A stretch of DNA of 64,000 nucleotides from Vicingus serpentipes. Its GTDB lineage: Bacteria; Bacteroidota; Bacteroidia; Flavobacteriales_E; Vicingaceae. The position numbers and the translations under genes were made by a program. Location: NCBI GenBank assembly GCA_024103385.1, contig JAGFIT010000074.1, positions 45,766-109,765 of the forward strand, in the 5' to 3' direction. Positions 49,869 through 59,646 of this stretch are shown piece after piece; the first letter of the stretch is position 1, and every line of letters begins with the position of its first letter. Below the pieces are notes generated by a model, which saw only the letters and a program-made list of their open reading frames with translations, had not been told where the DNA came from and did no database searches.

Positions 49869-51740
49869 ATGAAAAAAATTAAATTGAGTATTGTTATTAT
49901 AATTGCAATCACAATAACTGGAAGCTTATTAGCTTACTTAATTTTTGACATCAACAAAACAAAAAGATTCATTGCGCAATCTTTAATTGAAAAATCCATT
50001 CAAAATGTCACTATTTCTCTTAATGGCTTTTTTAATCCAATAAAAAACACTTTACTAACTACTAAGGATCAGGCAATCGTTAATTTTTTTGATGAGAAAT
50101 CAAATACTTCTATGAATAACTATTTTGTCCCTATGATAAAACGCCATCCCCAGTTATCATATATGGGTATCGGAAATTCTAATGGCTATGAAATAGATGT
50201 AATTCCAAATAATGGCGTTTTAAACAATAGGTGTGTTTTCATAAATAATAATCCCAAAGAGGTATGGACCTCCTGGAAAAAAGATACTATTTCCAACGCT
50301 TGGGTTTTAACAAAAACATGGGAAGACACTATAAAAAATGATCCTAGAAATAGACCTTGGTATACTGGAGCTATTAAATCAAATAAAAATCAAATTAATT
50401 GGACTACCCCTTATATATATAACACAACTTTTGAGCCTGGAATAACTGCTTCAGTAAAGTATTTAAAACCTAATGATGATAAAACATACATATTGGCCTT
50501 TGATCTTACATTAAAAGACATTACATCTTTTACACAAAACATTTCTATGAGTAAAAATGGAAAAGCATTTGTACTTTCAAGATCAGGAAAGTATATAGGA
50601 TTACCTAAAGATTTTTCCTTAAACTCTTCCCTAAAAATAAAAAAAGCTATCCTGAGCCATGTAGATTCTATTAATGTTCCAGAAGTAGCTGATGCCTATA
50701 ATATTTGGAAATCAAACAAAAACCTTCATAAGTCATTTAGATACAAGAGACAAGGAGATTACTGGCAGGGAAAAATAATTAAATATAAATTAGCTCCTGA
50801 CAATTATTTTTTAATAGGAATAATTATTCCCGAAAAAGACATTTTAGGTAAAGTAGAAAAAACAAAGATTATTGTTATTGGTAGTTTTATCTTTATTTTC
50901 ATCTTAGCTATAGGCATACTTTGTTTTTATATAAAACTAAAAAATAAAAATAGAGCCATTACACTCCAAAAATTACTAATAGAAGATAAAAATAAAGAAA
51001 TCTTGGATTCTATTAATTATGCAAAACGTATCCAATCTGCTATTTTACCTTCTCAAGAATTGATTACAAACTCTTTTTCTGATTCTTTTATAATATATAT
51101 ACCAAAAGATATAGTAGCTGGAGATTTTTATTGGATAGAGCACTTAAATAATAAAATTTTGTTTGCAGCTGCAGATTGTACTGGCCATGGAGTTCCAGGA
51201 GCAATGGTTAGCGTTATATGTAATAATGGTTTAAATAAATCGGTAAGGGAACACAAATTAACAGATCCTGGAAAAATTTTAAACAAAACCCGAGACATTG
51301 TACTTAAGCAATTCGAAAAAAGTGAAGATAAAGTTAAAGATGGTATGGATATCGCTTTATGCAGCATAGAAGGTAATATTATTAAATACGCTGGTGCGAA
51401 CAATCCATTATGGATATTAAGAAAAAACGCAACAGAAATAGAAGAAATTAAAGCCGACAAACAACCTATAGGATTTTTTGACAATCCGAAACCATATACA
51501 ACACACACTCTAGAATTAAAAAAGAATGACAATATTTACATATTTTCTGACGGTTTTGCAGACCAATTTGGAGGTGAAAAAGGGAAAAAATTTAAAACAA
51601 TAAATTTTAAAAATTTACTTCTATCTATCAAAAATCAAACAATGCAAGAACAATCGGTTTCAATTAAAGAAACTTTTGAAAAGTGGAAAGGAAGCTTAGA
51701 ACAAGTAGATGATATTTGTATAATAGGCATTAAAATTTAA
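49869..51740 (+). CDS. Membrane sensor: Cache-like periplasmic domain fused to PP2C/SpoIIE-type serine phosphatase
   Basis: TM1 (IVIIIAITITGSLLAYLIF), an extracytoplasmic domain of about 300 aa, and TM2 (IIVIGSFIFIFILAIGILCFYI). Then VAGDFYW..AADCTGHGVPGAMVS..DGMD..SDGF..QVDD. Confidence 0.85.
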   Translation: MKKIKLSIVIIIAITITGSLLAYLIFDINKTKRFIAQSLIEKSIQNVTISLNGFFNPIKNTLLTTKDQAIVNFFDEKSNTSMNNYFVPMIKRHPQLSYMGIGNSNGYEIDVIPNNGVLNNRCVFINNNPKEVWTSWKKDTISNAWVLTKTWEDTIKNDPRNRPWYTGAIKSNKNQINWTTPYIYNTTFEPGITASVKYLKPNDDKTYILAFDLTLKDITSFTQNISMSKNGKAFVLSRSGKYIGLPKDFSLNSSLKIKKAILSHVDSINVPEVADAYNIWKSNKNLHKSFRYKRQGDYWQGKIIKYKLAPDNYFLIGIIIPEKDILGKVEKTKIIVIGSFIFIFILAIGILCFYIKLKNKNRAITLQKLLIEDKNKEILDSINYAKRIQSAILPSQELITNSFSDSFIIYIPKDIVAGDFYWIEHLNNKILFAAADCTGHGVPGAMVSVICNNGLNKSVREHKLTDPGKILNKTRDIVLKQFEKSEDKVKDGMDIALCSIEGNIIKYAGANNPLWILRKNATEIEEIKADKQPIGFFDNPKPYTTHTLELKKNDNIYIFSDGFADQFGGEKGKKFKTINFKNLLLSIKNQTMQEQSVSIKETFEKWKGSLEQVDDICIIGIKI

Positions 51741-51777
51741 TTAATTTGAGTAGCTATTTAATACTTTCCCTACCAAC

Positions 51778-54700
51778 TTATTTAAAATTATATTGCACTT
51801 TACTAACTACTCGATCCCCATTCTGAGTTTCTTTATAAGTCGCAATAATATTTCCTGCATTATCATACTCATATCGAGTATAAAAGTTGTCATTACTAAT
51901 CGTAGCTTTTACTATACCTAATCGTTCATCATAAACATATCCTGTAAACTGTGCATCAACTGGGTGAACCACTAAATCATCAAAATAAGCTACTCCGCCT
52001 GACCCGGGGTTTTCGACATAAACTCTAAAGTCGTTATCATTACTTCCTCCTGATGAAACATAATTAGAAGGAACATCAAACGTTAAGTTTAATTGTATCC
52101 AATCTCCTATTTGTAATCCATTCGGACTATCTCTTCTTATTGTTTTATTGTCTGTTACATTTCCATCCAATTTAAATACGAGTTGAGCATCATCTGGGCT
52201 ATCTTTGTGGACCCACACACTCGCCATATAAGTTCGCCCCACTTGAATTCCTTGTTCAAATGTTTCATCCTCAACAGTAGTATTATCTACAATGGCTTTA
52301 AAAATTGGTCCCTCACTCGAAGTGGGTACTTCTACCATATAATCTCCAGTATGTGGTACAACAGTTCCTACTGTAGTTTTTTGCACTCCACTTCCTTTTT
52401 CCACCTCTCCGTCAAAATGAAATAAACTGGTTTCTACTTCTTTGGTACTTTCAAATCCAGAATATGCAAAACTGGTATAATTACAATTAGATACTTCAGC
52501 TATTTTATAACGTTCATCATAACCAAATTTAATAGCAGAATAGCCATCTTTCGTATCTTTTTTTTCTAATCGTTTATCTCCATTTTTTCCTCCATACAAA
52601 GTACTACTGGTTAATAATTTCCATGTACCTCCGTTATTTATCAATAGATTAACAGGAGAAAACACACCGCTTTCTATAGATGTTGCATATTTATCATTCA
52701 CATCATCCCATGCTCTAACTAAAAGATCATTGTCCCAATCATATTTTTTACCACTACCATTACTTTCTGTTTCTTGCTGAATCGGAGTTAAAATATTTAA
52801 GTTCGACCAATCATCTGTTTTTGCTCCCATACTCGAGTTGGATTCATAAGCAAAACTTTTGGCAAGGATATTTTTATTATATCCAGATGTTTGAGAAGTT
52901 ATTAACCTTGGCTGCCCAGTAAAATTATCTCTTCCATCATAAGTAATAATAGTGGTGATTCCATTCATCACTCTTGTTTCTTTTTTTAGATGTGTTATAA
53001 TGTTTGTTCTAGAAAAAATATTTTTAAATACTTTCCATTTATTAATACCGGTTTGAAAATCATCATATTTATAAAAAACTTCCTGAACAGTTCCTATAGG
53101 TCCAGACGTTTCATCACTATATTCATAATCTGTTTTTGACACAATAGCACCATTGTCATCGTAATTAATTATATTTTTTGGTTGACCAAAGCCAGATTTT
53201 GAGAACATTTTGGTTACCCCTAATTCATAATCAATAATTTTACCATTAACTATTTTTGTAACTTCTTCTTTAGAAACATGAGGGCGGTAAAGGTTTAAAT
53301 AGTTTTTATAATTATGCTCTATTGAACCAATATTAGATTGTTCATCACCAATAAATACTTTAACTTTGGAGTAACCGACTGTAGGAGCAGGAGCATGCCG
53401 ATCTCCGGCATGAGTAGATTTTATTAATGTATAACCATTACTACGTTGATACCTGTCCGGTTCTACCGTAGCAATTCCTTGCTCATAAGAATAAGTTAAT
53501 TTATATTCCGCTGCTGAATGAGGATCGGTTAAAGAAATCTCTTTCACTCGAGTACCGCCTCCATACACCTCTTTTAAGATGAGCTCTTTATATTGATCTC
53601 CATAAGCCGAAAATGTATTCGTGCTGATAGCATTACCATTAGCACTGTATAAATCAATATTGTCTTCTTCTGAACTTTTAAAAATTCTTGTTGGAGCTAA
53701 AGGGAAGTTATATTTGACGTTATCATAAACCACTCCATTATAGGTGTCCGATTCATATTCAACATTGATTTCTCCTCCTGATGGTGTGGTTATCTCACTT
53801 AAAGACCATGCATCTACCTGATCGTCATCTGCTGAAGTAATGTATTGGTCTCTTAAGGTTGAATTATGATTCGCTTGATAAAATCCAAAAATATCTTGTT
53901 TTTCATGTGTGTAATCAGGGTTCTCAGTATTGTATTCAAATAAGTAGGGATCTTGTGTTTGGTGATGATTTAAATCAAACATGGTTACCTTATTTAAGGT
54001 CAATTTACCACTCATGTCTAAACTTCCGCTAGTGGATGAATAAGAACCATCTTTATAGACTTCATATGACCCTCCACTATAGGTAAAATTAGTAGGTGTT
54101 TCATTAAAAGTATTGTTAATATTATTGGGCATTTTTTTGGCTAAATGATAATCATAATCAAAATCTATAATTTTTAGCGCATTGTTCTCTATAGCTGTTT
54201 GATAATAAGCATAATCTTCCACGGTTAATATATCTGTCACATTGGCAACTGTTTCTAAATCTTCTGTAAAAGCGGTACTTTCTGCATCCTGTGGAGAACT
54301 AAATATATTATTATTTTCAACATCATCGTTATCCATTAAAACAATATATTTTAAGTAGAGTTTTGGTGTGTATACGGAAGAATCATTCGCTACACTGTGA
54401 TCATCATTTCGAATCCCTTTTATAAAATAAGCGGTTTGTGTAGCTGTTTGTATTGATTCTGGATAATAAACCTGAGAACTACCTTTAGTAATAGAACCAC
54501 TAGGAGCATATTCTTCAACACCTTCTATAAATGAAGTGTTATTTTCGGATGTAAAATCAGGATAAAAATTATAATAGGGGAACCTCCAGTCAAATTTTTC
54601 TGTCCACTTGGAATAATTAATTCTAATCCAATAGCCTTTATCTCCGTCATCAGGAATATTATTTTCATTAGTATCTTCATAATAAGGACCCGTAATAGCT

Positions 54701-55860
54701 GTTAATTTCCAAGTATAGGCATACTTCTTATTTTTAGTATGTTTACTTACCTTTTTTATAGAAGTATAATCCATATTTTCTGTTTCGAAAACAACTATTT
54801 CATCATCATAAGTATATACTGGTAATGAATAATGATACATCATTCCATTAGGAGTGGTTATATTAAAAGCTTCTATACCATCAGGGTCATATTTATCAGG
54901 ATCTAATCTTTCAGAAGTACTAGAAGCAAAATAATGGGCCTTATAATCTAAGAATTTTTCATGTGGGTAATATACAGTTTCTTGCATACGATATATATCA
55001 CTATTAGTAAAGAATTGAATAAAATTTCCTGCATCGAAACCAATATTGTAGTGGTAAGGAGCTTGAACTTTTTTATCTTTTATTTTCCATGTCCTCCCTA
55101 TATTATAATTTCCTGATGAGGGTTCTAAATAACTGGTCAGTTTAAGATTGTCGGTTACCCTCATAAAGTTAGTCAGATCTTCATCAATTGCTATATTAGC
55201 CATAGGTTCATTAACAAATCTAAACATGGGTTTTTCATAAAAAAATTTAATATCTCTATAACTATCTGATCCTGAGTAAGGATAATATTCAGCAAAATCG
55301 AACAGAAACGGACGCATTAACCCTGAGATACTCGGACCACTGACATAATAATCATCATAATCAGGAAAAATAAAAGGAGTATCTTCACTTTTTAATCCTC
55401 TTTTAGTAGCGTATAAATCCATCTTTGAATAACGGCCTTCTTTAAAAGGATATAGTCCACCAAAATACATGGGACCATAAACATTAGAAAGAGAGGCTGT
55501 AGTCCATTGATTAGAAATAGGAACAAGCAATTGGCTTTTTAACTCAACGTTATTGTGATCATCAGGTATCCCTTTAACTTGTCTTGTTATTTCTCCAATA
55601 TTTAAATTCCACCCTAAACCTACCCATGTGGCTTGTTGATTTACAGATATTCCTCCTGCATACCCCAAATTTAAAGGAAAGCTCTCACCATTGGGGCCAC
55701 TTACTGTTATTAAAGGAATATTATAACTAAAATCTCCTGTAAAGGGATTGACATGATTGGATAGCTGCTTTGCAGGCGCATCTACTTTTTCTTCTTGTGC
55801 ATTTAGCTGAAAAGCTATTGTTATTGCTAATAGTGCAAAGGTGGTTTTTATTAAATTCAT
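51778..55860 (-). CDS. Large secreted protein with SpvB/TcB-like N-terminal domain and YD-repeat-like C-terminus
   Basis: Signal peptide MNLIKTTFALLAITIAFQLNAQ. NPFTGDFSYNIPLITVSGPNGESFPLNLGYAGGISVNQQATWVGLGWNLNIGEITRQVKGIPDD resembles the SpvB/TcdB N-terminal motif (..LSLPLPIS.GRG..P.F.L.Y.S..GN..FGLGW.....I.RR...G.P.Y). Ends ..YTRYEYDNAGNIIATYKETQNGDRV. No RHS core (DPxGL) and no T9SS CTD were recognised. Confidence 0.6.
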   Translation of the reverse strand: MNLIKTTFALLAITIAFQLNAQEEKVDAPAKQLSNHVNPFTGDFSYNIPLITVSGPNGESFPLNLGYAGGISVNQQATWVGLGWNLNIGEITRQVKGIPDDHNNVELKSQLLVPISNQWTTASLSNVYGPMYFGGLYPFKEGRYSKMDLYATKRGLKSEDTPFIFPDYDDYYVSGPSISGLMRPFLFDFAEYYPYSGSDSYRDIKFFYEKPMFRFVNEPMANIAIDEDLTNFMRVTDNLKLTSYLEPSSGNYNIGRTWKIKDKKVQAPYHYNIGFDAGNFIQFFTNSDIYRMQETVYYPHEKFLDYKAHYFASSTSERLDPDKYDPDGIEAFNITTPNGMMYHYSLPVYTYDDEIVVFETENMDYTSIKKVSKHTKNKKYAYTWKLTAITGPYYEDTNENNIPDDGDKGYWIRINYSKWTEKFDWRFPYYNFYPDFTSENNTSFIEGVEEYAPSGSITKGSSQVYYPESIQTATQTAYFIKGIRNDDHSVANDSSVYTPKLYLKYIVLMDNDDVENNNIFSSPQDAESTAFTEDLETVANVTDILTVEDYAYYQTAIENNALKIIDFDYDYHLAKKMPNNINNTFNETPTNFTYSGGSYEVYKDGSYSSTSGSLDMSGKLTLNKVTMFDLNHHQTQDPYLFEYNTENPDYTHEKQDIFGFYQANHNSTLRDQYITSADDDQVDAWSLSEITTPSGGEINVEYESDTYNGVVYDNVKYNFPLAPTRIFKSSEEDNIDLYSANGNAISTNTFSAYGDQYKELILKEVYGGGTRVKEISLTDPHSAAEYKLTYSYEQGIATVEPDRYQRSNGYTLIKSTHAGDRHAPAPTVGYSKVKVFIGDEQSNIGSIEHNYKNYLNLYRPHVSKEEVTKIVNGKIIDYELGVTKMFSKSGFGQPKNIINYDDNGAIVSKTDYEYSDETSGPIGTVQEVFYKYDDFQTGINKWKVFKNIFSRTNIITHLKKETRVMNGITTIITYDGRDNFTGQPRLITSQTSGYNKNILAKSFAYESNSSMGAKTDDWSNLNILTPIQQETESNGSGKKYDWDNDLLVRAWDDVNDKYATSIESGVFSPVNLLINNGGTWKLLTSSTLYGGKNGDKRLEKKDTKDGYSAIKFGYDERYKIAEVSNCNYTSFAYSGFESTKEVETSLFHFDGEVEKGSGVQKTTVGTVVPHTGDYMVEVPTSSEGPIFKAIVDNTTVEDETFEQGIQVGRTYMASVWVHKDSPDDAQLVFKLDGNVTDNKTIRRDSPNGLQIGDWIQLNLTFDVPSNYVSSGGSNDNDFRVYVENPGSGGVAYFDDLVVHPVDAQFTGYVYDERLGIVKATISNDNFYTRYEYDNAGNIIATYKETQNGDRVVSKVQYNFK

Positions 55861-55885
55861 TCTTATGATATTATCAATTATTATT

Positions 55886-57628
55886 CTATTCTTTTATGAT
55901 CTTTTTTACTACTCTTTCGTTAGACGTGATGATTTCTATAAAATAAACTCCTGGTTTTAAGTTTTCTAACACCACTTCTCTATTTCTAGTCGTCTTTTCA
56001 AAAAGTTGTTGTCCCGTTACATCAACTATTTTAATGGTTATTAAATCATCATTATCTAAACCGTTGATATACAATCTTTCTTTTACAGGGTTTGGAAAAA
56101 CTACCACCTCTTTTCCTTTCTTATTTTTAGTCAAAATTCCTGTTGTAGTACAACCTAAACTATTATTGGCGTATAAATTTTTTATTTCATCTACATATTG
56201 AATAAATAAATTTTTACCTATAGACACTCCGGGGCTATTACTTTGTGCAAAGACGTAAGCCAGCTCTATTTGTTGAATAGCTCCAGGTGAAAATGTAACA
56301 GGGCCCATGCTTCCTACGCTTTTATTATCACTAGCCAATAAAGTATTATCATCTTTGTCCCAAGAGGAAGATGAAGTAGTGTACCCATTTGTTCCATACC
56401 CTGTAGGGTCTGATGATCCAGGGTAAACAAAACGAGCACGATAATTCCCTGGGTGAGCCCAAGGTGCATAACCCATATTCCCATAATAAAGTAGACTACC
56501 ATCTGCCCAAACTGCATTCATAATACCATGTAATTGGTAATCCGTATTAGGTAAATCACGCCATGTTGCTCCATCCCATGGTATTAAAGCTTGATACATA
56601 AATGAAGTCATTCCTAAGCGTTCGTTATCATTAATACCATCTCCAAAACCGATACCATTCGGACTAGCTGATATAGCATTATCATTTCCATCGGCATCCA
56701 TCCATGGTCCAGATAAAATCACCACTCCTTGTGTGGGGTGGTAATTTCCATAACCCAACGTTGCACCGGAGTTATCATCAGGTCCATTTTCATCAAATTG
56801 AAAGTAGCAACCCCTAGTTACATCACATTGTACATATTCATTGTATGCATTTCCAATGTCTATGTCTGTCCATGCTCCAAAGTAAAAATCGTTGTAAGTA
56901 GTGGTGCTTCGGTTAATAATCTTATACTCCACAAAAACGGTATTGTTTAATGATGGGGTTCCATTGCAACTATAGGCGTATACCATTTGATGTATTTCTA
57001 CTCCTATGGGTGTTCCTCCACTCCATTGATGGGTAGTGTAGTCGTTATAAATGGTATAGGTAGCCACATCTCCTTTTATTTTAGGGTAATCTCCATCAAC
57101 CGGAAAATAGAAATTATCATTATCTACATCTACAAATGGAGCTAAATTTTGCGCATAACCTAAACTAATATCTCCGTGTGCCGGCCAATCTTCAATATCT
57201 TGAGGTACAACATAACCAGGATCATTAATCGCCCCTGTTTTAACAGCTATGTGGTAATCTATTTCTGCTTGGGTGACTTTCCATACCCTGTCGTATTCTA
57301 ACCGTATGGTAGGAGTAGTTGTTCCCGAAAGGGTTAACGGACCGCTGCTAAAGTCAGTACTGTCTGCATAATAAGTACTTGCTGCCAAATGAGTAGCATT
57401 GCCCAACCATAAATTGGCAGCATATACACTATGTTTACCACTTCCTTTAGGTGCTTCAAAACCAGGGGTTTGTTGGCTAGGATCACCAAATAAAAAGCCT
57501 TTGGTGTTTACCTGTGCGTTAATGTTGTTGGCATCCAGTTGTTGGGAAGATTGTGAAAACCCCAATTGAACATTGAAAAACAAAACAGTAATAACTAGGG
57601 TTATTAATTTATTATAATCTTTATTCAT
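55886..57628 (-). CDS. Secreted protein of unknown function with T9SS type-A C-terminal sorting domain
   Basis: Signal peptide. C-terminus VVVFPNPVKERLYINGL..IKIVDVTGQQLF..LKPGVYFIEIITSNERVVKKIIKE. Confidence 0.75.
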   Translation of the reverse strand: MNKDYNKLITLVITVLFFNVQLGFSQSSQQLDANNINAQVNTKGFLFGDPSQQTPGFEAPKGSGKHSVYAANLWLGNATHLAASTYYADSTDFSSGPLTLSGTTTPTIRLEYDRVWKVTQAEIDYHIAVKTGAINDPGYVVPQDIEDWPAHGDISLGYAQNLAPFVDVDNDNFYFPVDGDYPKIKGDVATYTIYNDYTTHQWSGGTPIGVEIHQMVYAYSCNGTPSLNNTVFVEYKIINRSTTTYNDFYFGAWTDIDIGNAYNEYVQCDVTRGCYFQFDENGPDDNSGATLGYGNYHPTQGVVILSGPWMDADGNDNAISASPNGIGFGDGINDNERLGMTSFMYQALIPWDGATWRDLPNTDYQLHGIMNAVWADGSLLYYGNMGYAPWAHPGNYRARFVYPGSSDPTGYGTNGYTTSSSSWDKDDNTLLASDNKSVGSMGPVTFSPGAIQQIELAYVFAQSNSPGVSIGKNLFIQYVDEIKNLYANNSLGCTTTGILTKNKKGKEVVVFPNPVKERLYINGLDNDDLITIKIVDVTGQQLFEKTTRNREVVLENLKPGVYFIEIITSNERVVKKIIKE

Positions 57629-58043
57629 GATTTGTGCTACATTTTTTTAATATTTCAATTTTTTGAAGGTTTGTCATGTCAAGAAATTTTTCATGAATTA
57701 ACGTGTAGTACTTTTCTCTATATGTTCCTTTCTGTTTCTTATTCCATTTTCCACTCTGTAAATAAGAACCTACGTCTTCAAGTAAAGTTATTTCTTCATC
57801 CTTTAGTAAGGAAATATTAACACTACTATCTTTAACATTAATGTCATAAGAGAAAGAAAGCTGTTTATAAGAAGAATTGCTTTTTTGAAGAATAAAATAA
57901 AAATACCCATGTTCTATTTTTTTATAATAAGTCTTTATCAAAACCTTTTCTTCAACTTGCTCCTTGCATGTCGCATTAGAAATAAACATTACTGATAAAA
58001 ATATAAGTGACTTCATTTTTTTATTTAAAGTAAGAATTCCCAT
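57621..58043 (-). CDS. Small exported hypothetical protein
   Basis: 140 aa with a signal-like MKSLIFLSVMFISNATC. Its stop overlaps the start of the downstream T9SS cargo gene by 8 nt. Confidence 0.5.
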   Translation of the reverse strand: MGILTLNKKMKSLIFLSVMFISNATCKEQVEEKVLIKTYYKKIEHGYFYFILQKSNSSYKQLSFSYDINVKDSSVNISLLKDEEITLLEDVGSYLQSGKWNKKQKGTYREKYYTLIHEKFLDMTNLQKIEILKKCSTNHE

Positions 58044-58045
58044 TA

Positions 58046-58360
58046 TTATTCGTCTAGTTCTTTTTTTACTGTAATTGCTTTTATCTTCATATACTCTTCC
58101 TCTGTTAAATCATATTCATAACTTCGAGAAATATCAATAAGTCGAGTTTTAGTCAGTAATAGACAAAAACATTCATTAGAATTACATATTTCTACTACCA
58201 TTTCTATTCCTGACACCTTTTGTTGATGATGTTTTTGAGGTTTAAATTCTTTTAAAATATCACTTAACTCTAACAGTTTTTCTTTACTCAATAGATCCTT
58301 ATTTTCCTTTAATTTAAAATAGGACGCTCTTAGACTCATTGTCGTTACCAACTTTATCAA
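58046..58360 (-). CDS. Small cytoplasmic hypothetical protein
   Basis: 104 aa from a TTG start (97 aa from ATG 58339). No signal peptide. Ends 2 nt before the next gene. Confidence 0.45.
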   Translation of the reverse strand: MIKLVTTMSLRASYFKLKENKDLLSKEKLLELSDILKEFKPQKHHQQKVSGIEMVVEICNSNECFCLLLTKTRLIDISRSYEYDLTEEEYMKIKAITVKKELDE

Positions 58361-58455
58361 AAGAATTGAAGCTATAGGATTCCTTAATTTCCATAAATGG
58401 CCAAATTTCTTTATTCAGTGTGCATGATGTTAGTATTATTATCAAAACAAATAAT

Positions 58456-59646
58456 TTATTCATAATTATTCCTAAATATTGTTTTATTCCCTGATGGTAT
58501 AAAATTATTTGTATCTATTTTCAACTCTTTTTCAATTTTTTTACTTTCTATATCAAGTAGTACCAATTTGAGATCAATACCTTCTCCCACTACTCCCACT
58601 AATTTTTCCTTTCCATATACATACTTAAAATTGTACATTTCTACAGAGTCTGTATAGTGACCGTAGGAAATAGGAACATTATTTATAGAATCAATAATCA
58701 ATTCAAGGGTATTATTTTCATAATTAAATTTATATATTTTATCGGTTTTGAATAATACATAAGGCTCTTTATAGTGCTGGGCAGATTTGCTAATTAAAGG
58801 GTTTAGATCAAGAACTTCTTTCATAGAACGGGATTTATATTCTTGACAAACATCTATTGTTATTTCTTCCATCCTTCCACTTTCTACATTAACTAACCCA
58901 TTAAAATTATTCTTATATGGCTTCCTATTGCTAATTACAGTATATTTCTCTTTAATACGTGTGTAATCTATACTTGGAGATTTTTTCTCCCACCAGTTAA
59001 GTTCCGTCTCAAACGAAATAAATAAATATTTACTATTAGGTATTAATATGATATCATAAATCCAACTAGTTATACAGTTGGTAGTTATTCTTCGAAGATT
59101 TTTTCCGTCAACCCCAATAGCAAATATGTCTTGGCATTTTTCTAAACTTTTCTCAATTTCTAAGGTGTCATTAAATAAAGCTCCTCCGATAAAATAGATA
59201 ATACTATCATTTTGACTAAAAATTACTTTAGTGATATATATATCTTCATCTATTAACTTATTACAATTAGTTCCATCTGAATCTATTATATATAATTTAT
59301 TATTTCCTCCAAAAATATTACCTCTTTTAAATATTATCTTTTTACCATTATGAGAAATTACAGGTGAAAAATCTGAATTCCCATCCTCTGTAATTTGTTT
59401 TAAAAATCCAGTATTAAGGTTTATACTACAGATAGCTCTTCCTTTTTTATTGTTATATGCAAAATAGATGTCATTATCTATAGAAACATCAATATCTGTA
59501 GGAAAAATTTGATTATCAATAACGGCTATTTGCTTATAGGGTTTTCCTCTATCATTAATAAAATTAACTGTTTCACATCCGAACAAAGCTATTCCTATCA
59601 ATAAAGCTATTACATATTTTAGTCGAAAGATTTCTATGATTACCAT
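58456..59646 (-). CDS. Lipoprotein with TolB/PD40-like beta-propeller motifs; candidate RHS immunity protein
   Basis: Lipobox LIGIALFGC. DGNSDFSPVISHNGKKIIFKR..LYIIDSDGTNCNKL and IFAIGVDGKNLRRIT resemble PD40 repeats. Its start overlaps the RHS stop in ATGGTAA (59640..59646). Confidence 0.6.
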   Translation of the reverse strand: MVIIEIFRLKYVIALLIGIALFGCETVNFINDRGKPYKQIAVIDNQIFPTDIDVSIDNDIYFAYNNKKGRAICSINLNTGFLKQITEDGNSDFSPVISHNGKKIIFKRGNIFGGNNKLYIIDSDGTNCNKLIDEDIYITKVIFSQNDSIIYFIGGALFNDTLEIEKSLEKCQDIFAIGVDGKNLRRITTNCITSWIYDIILIPNSKYLFISFETELNWWEKKSPSIDYTRIKEKYTVISNRKPYKNNFNGLVNVESGRMEEITIDVCQEYKSRSMKEVLDLNPLISKSAQHYKEPYVLFKTDKIYKFNYENNTLELIIDSINNVPISYGHYTDSVEMYNFKYVYGKEKLVGVVGEGIDLKLVLLDIESKKIEKELKIDTNNFIPSGNKTIFRNNYE

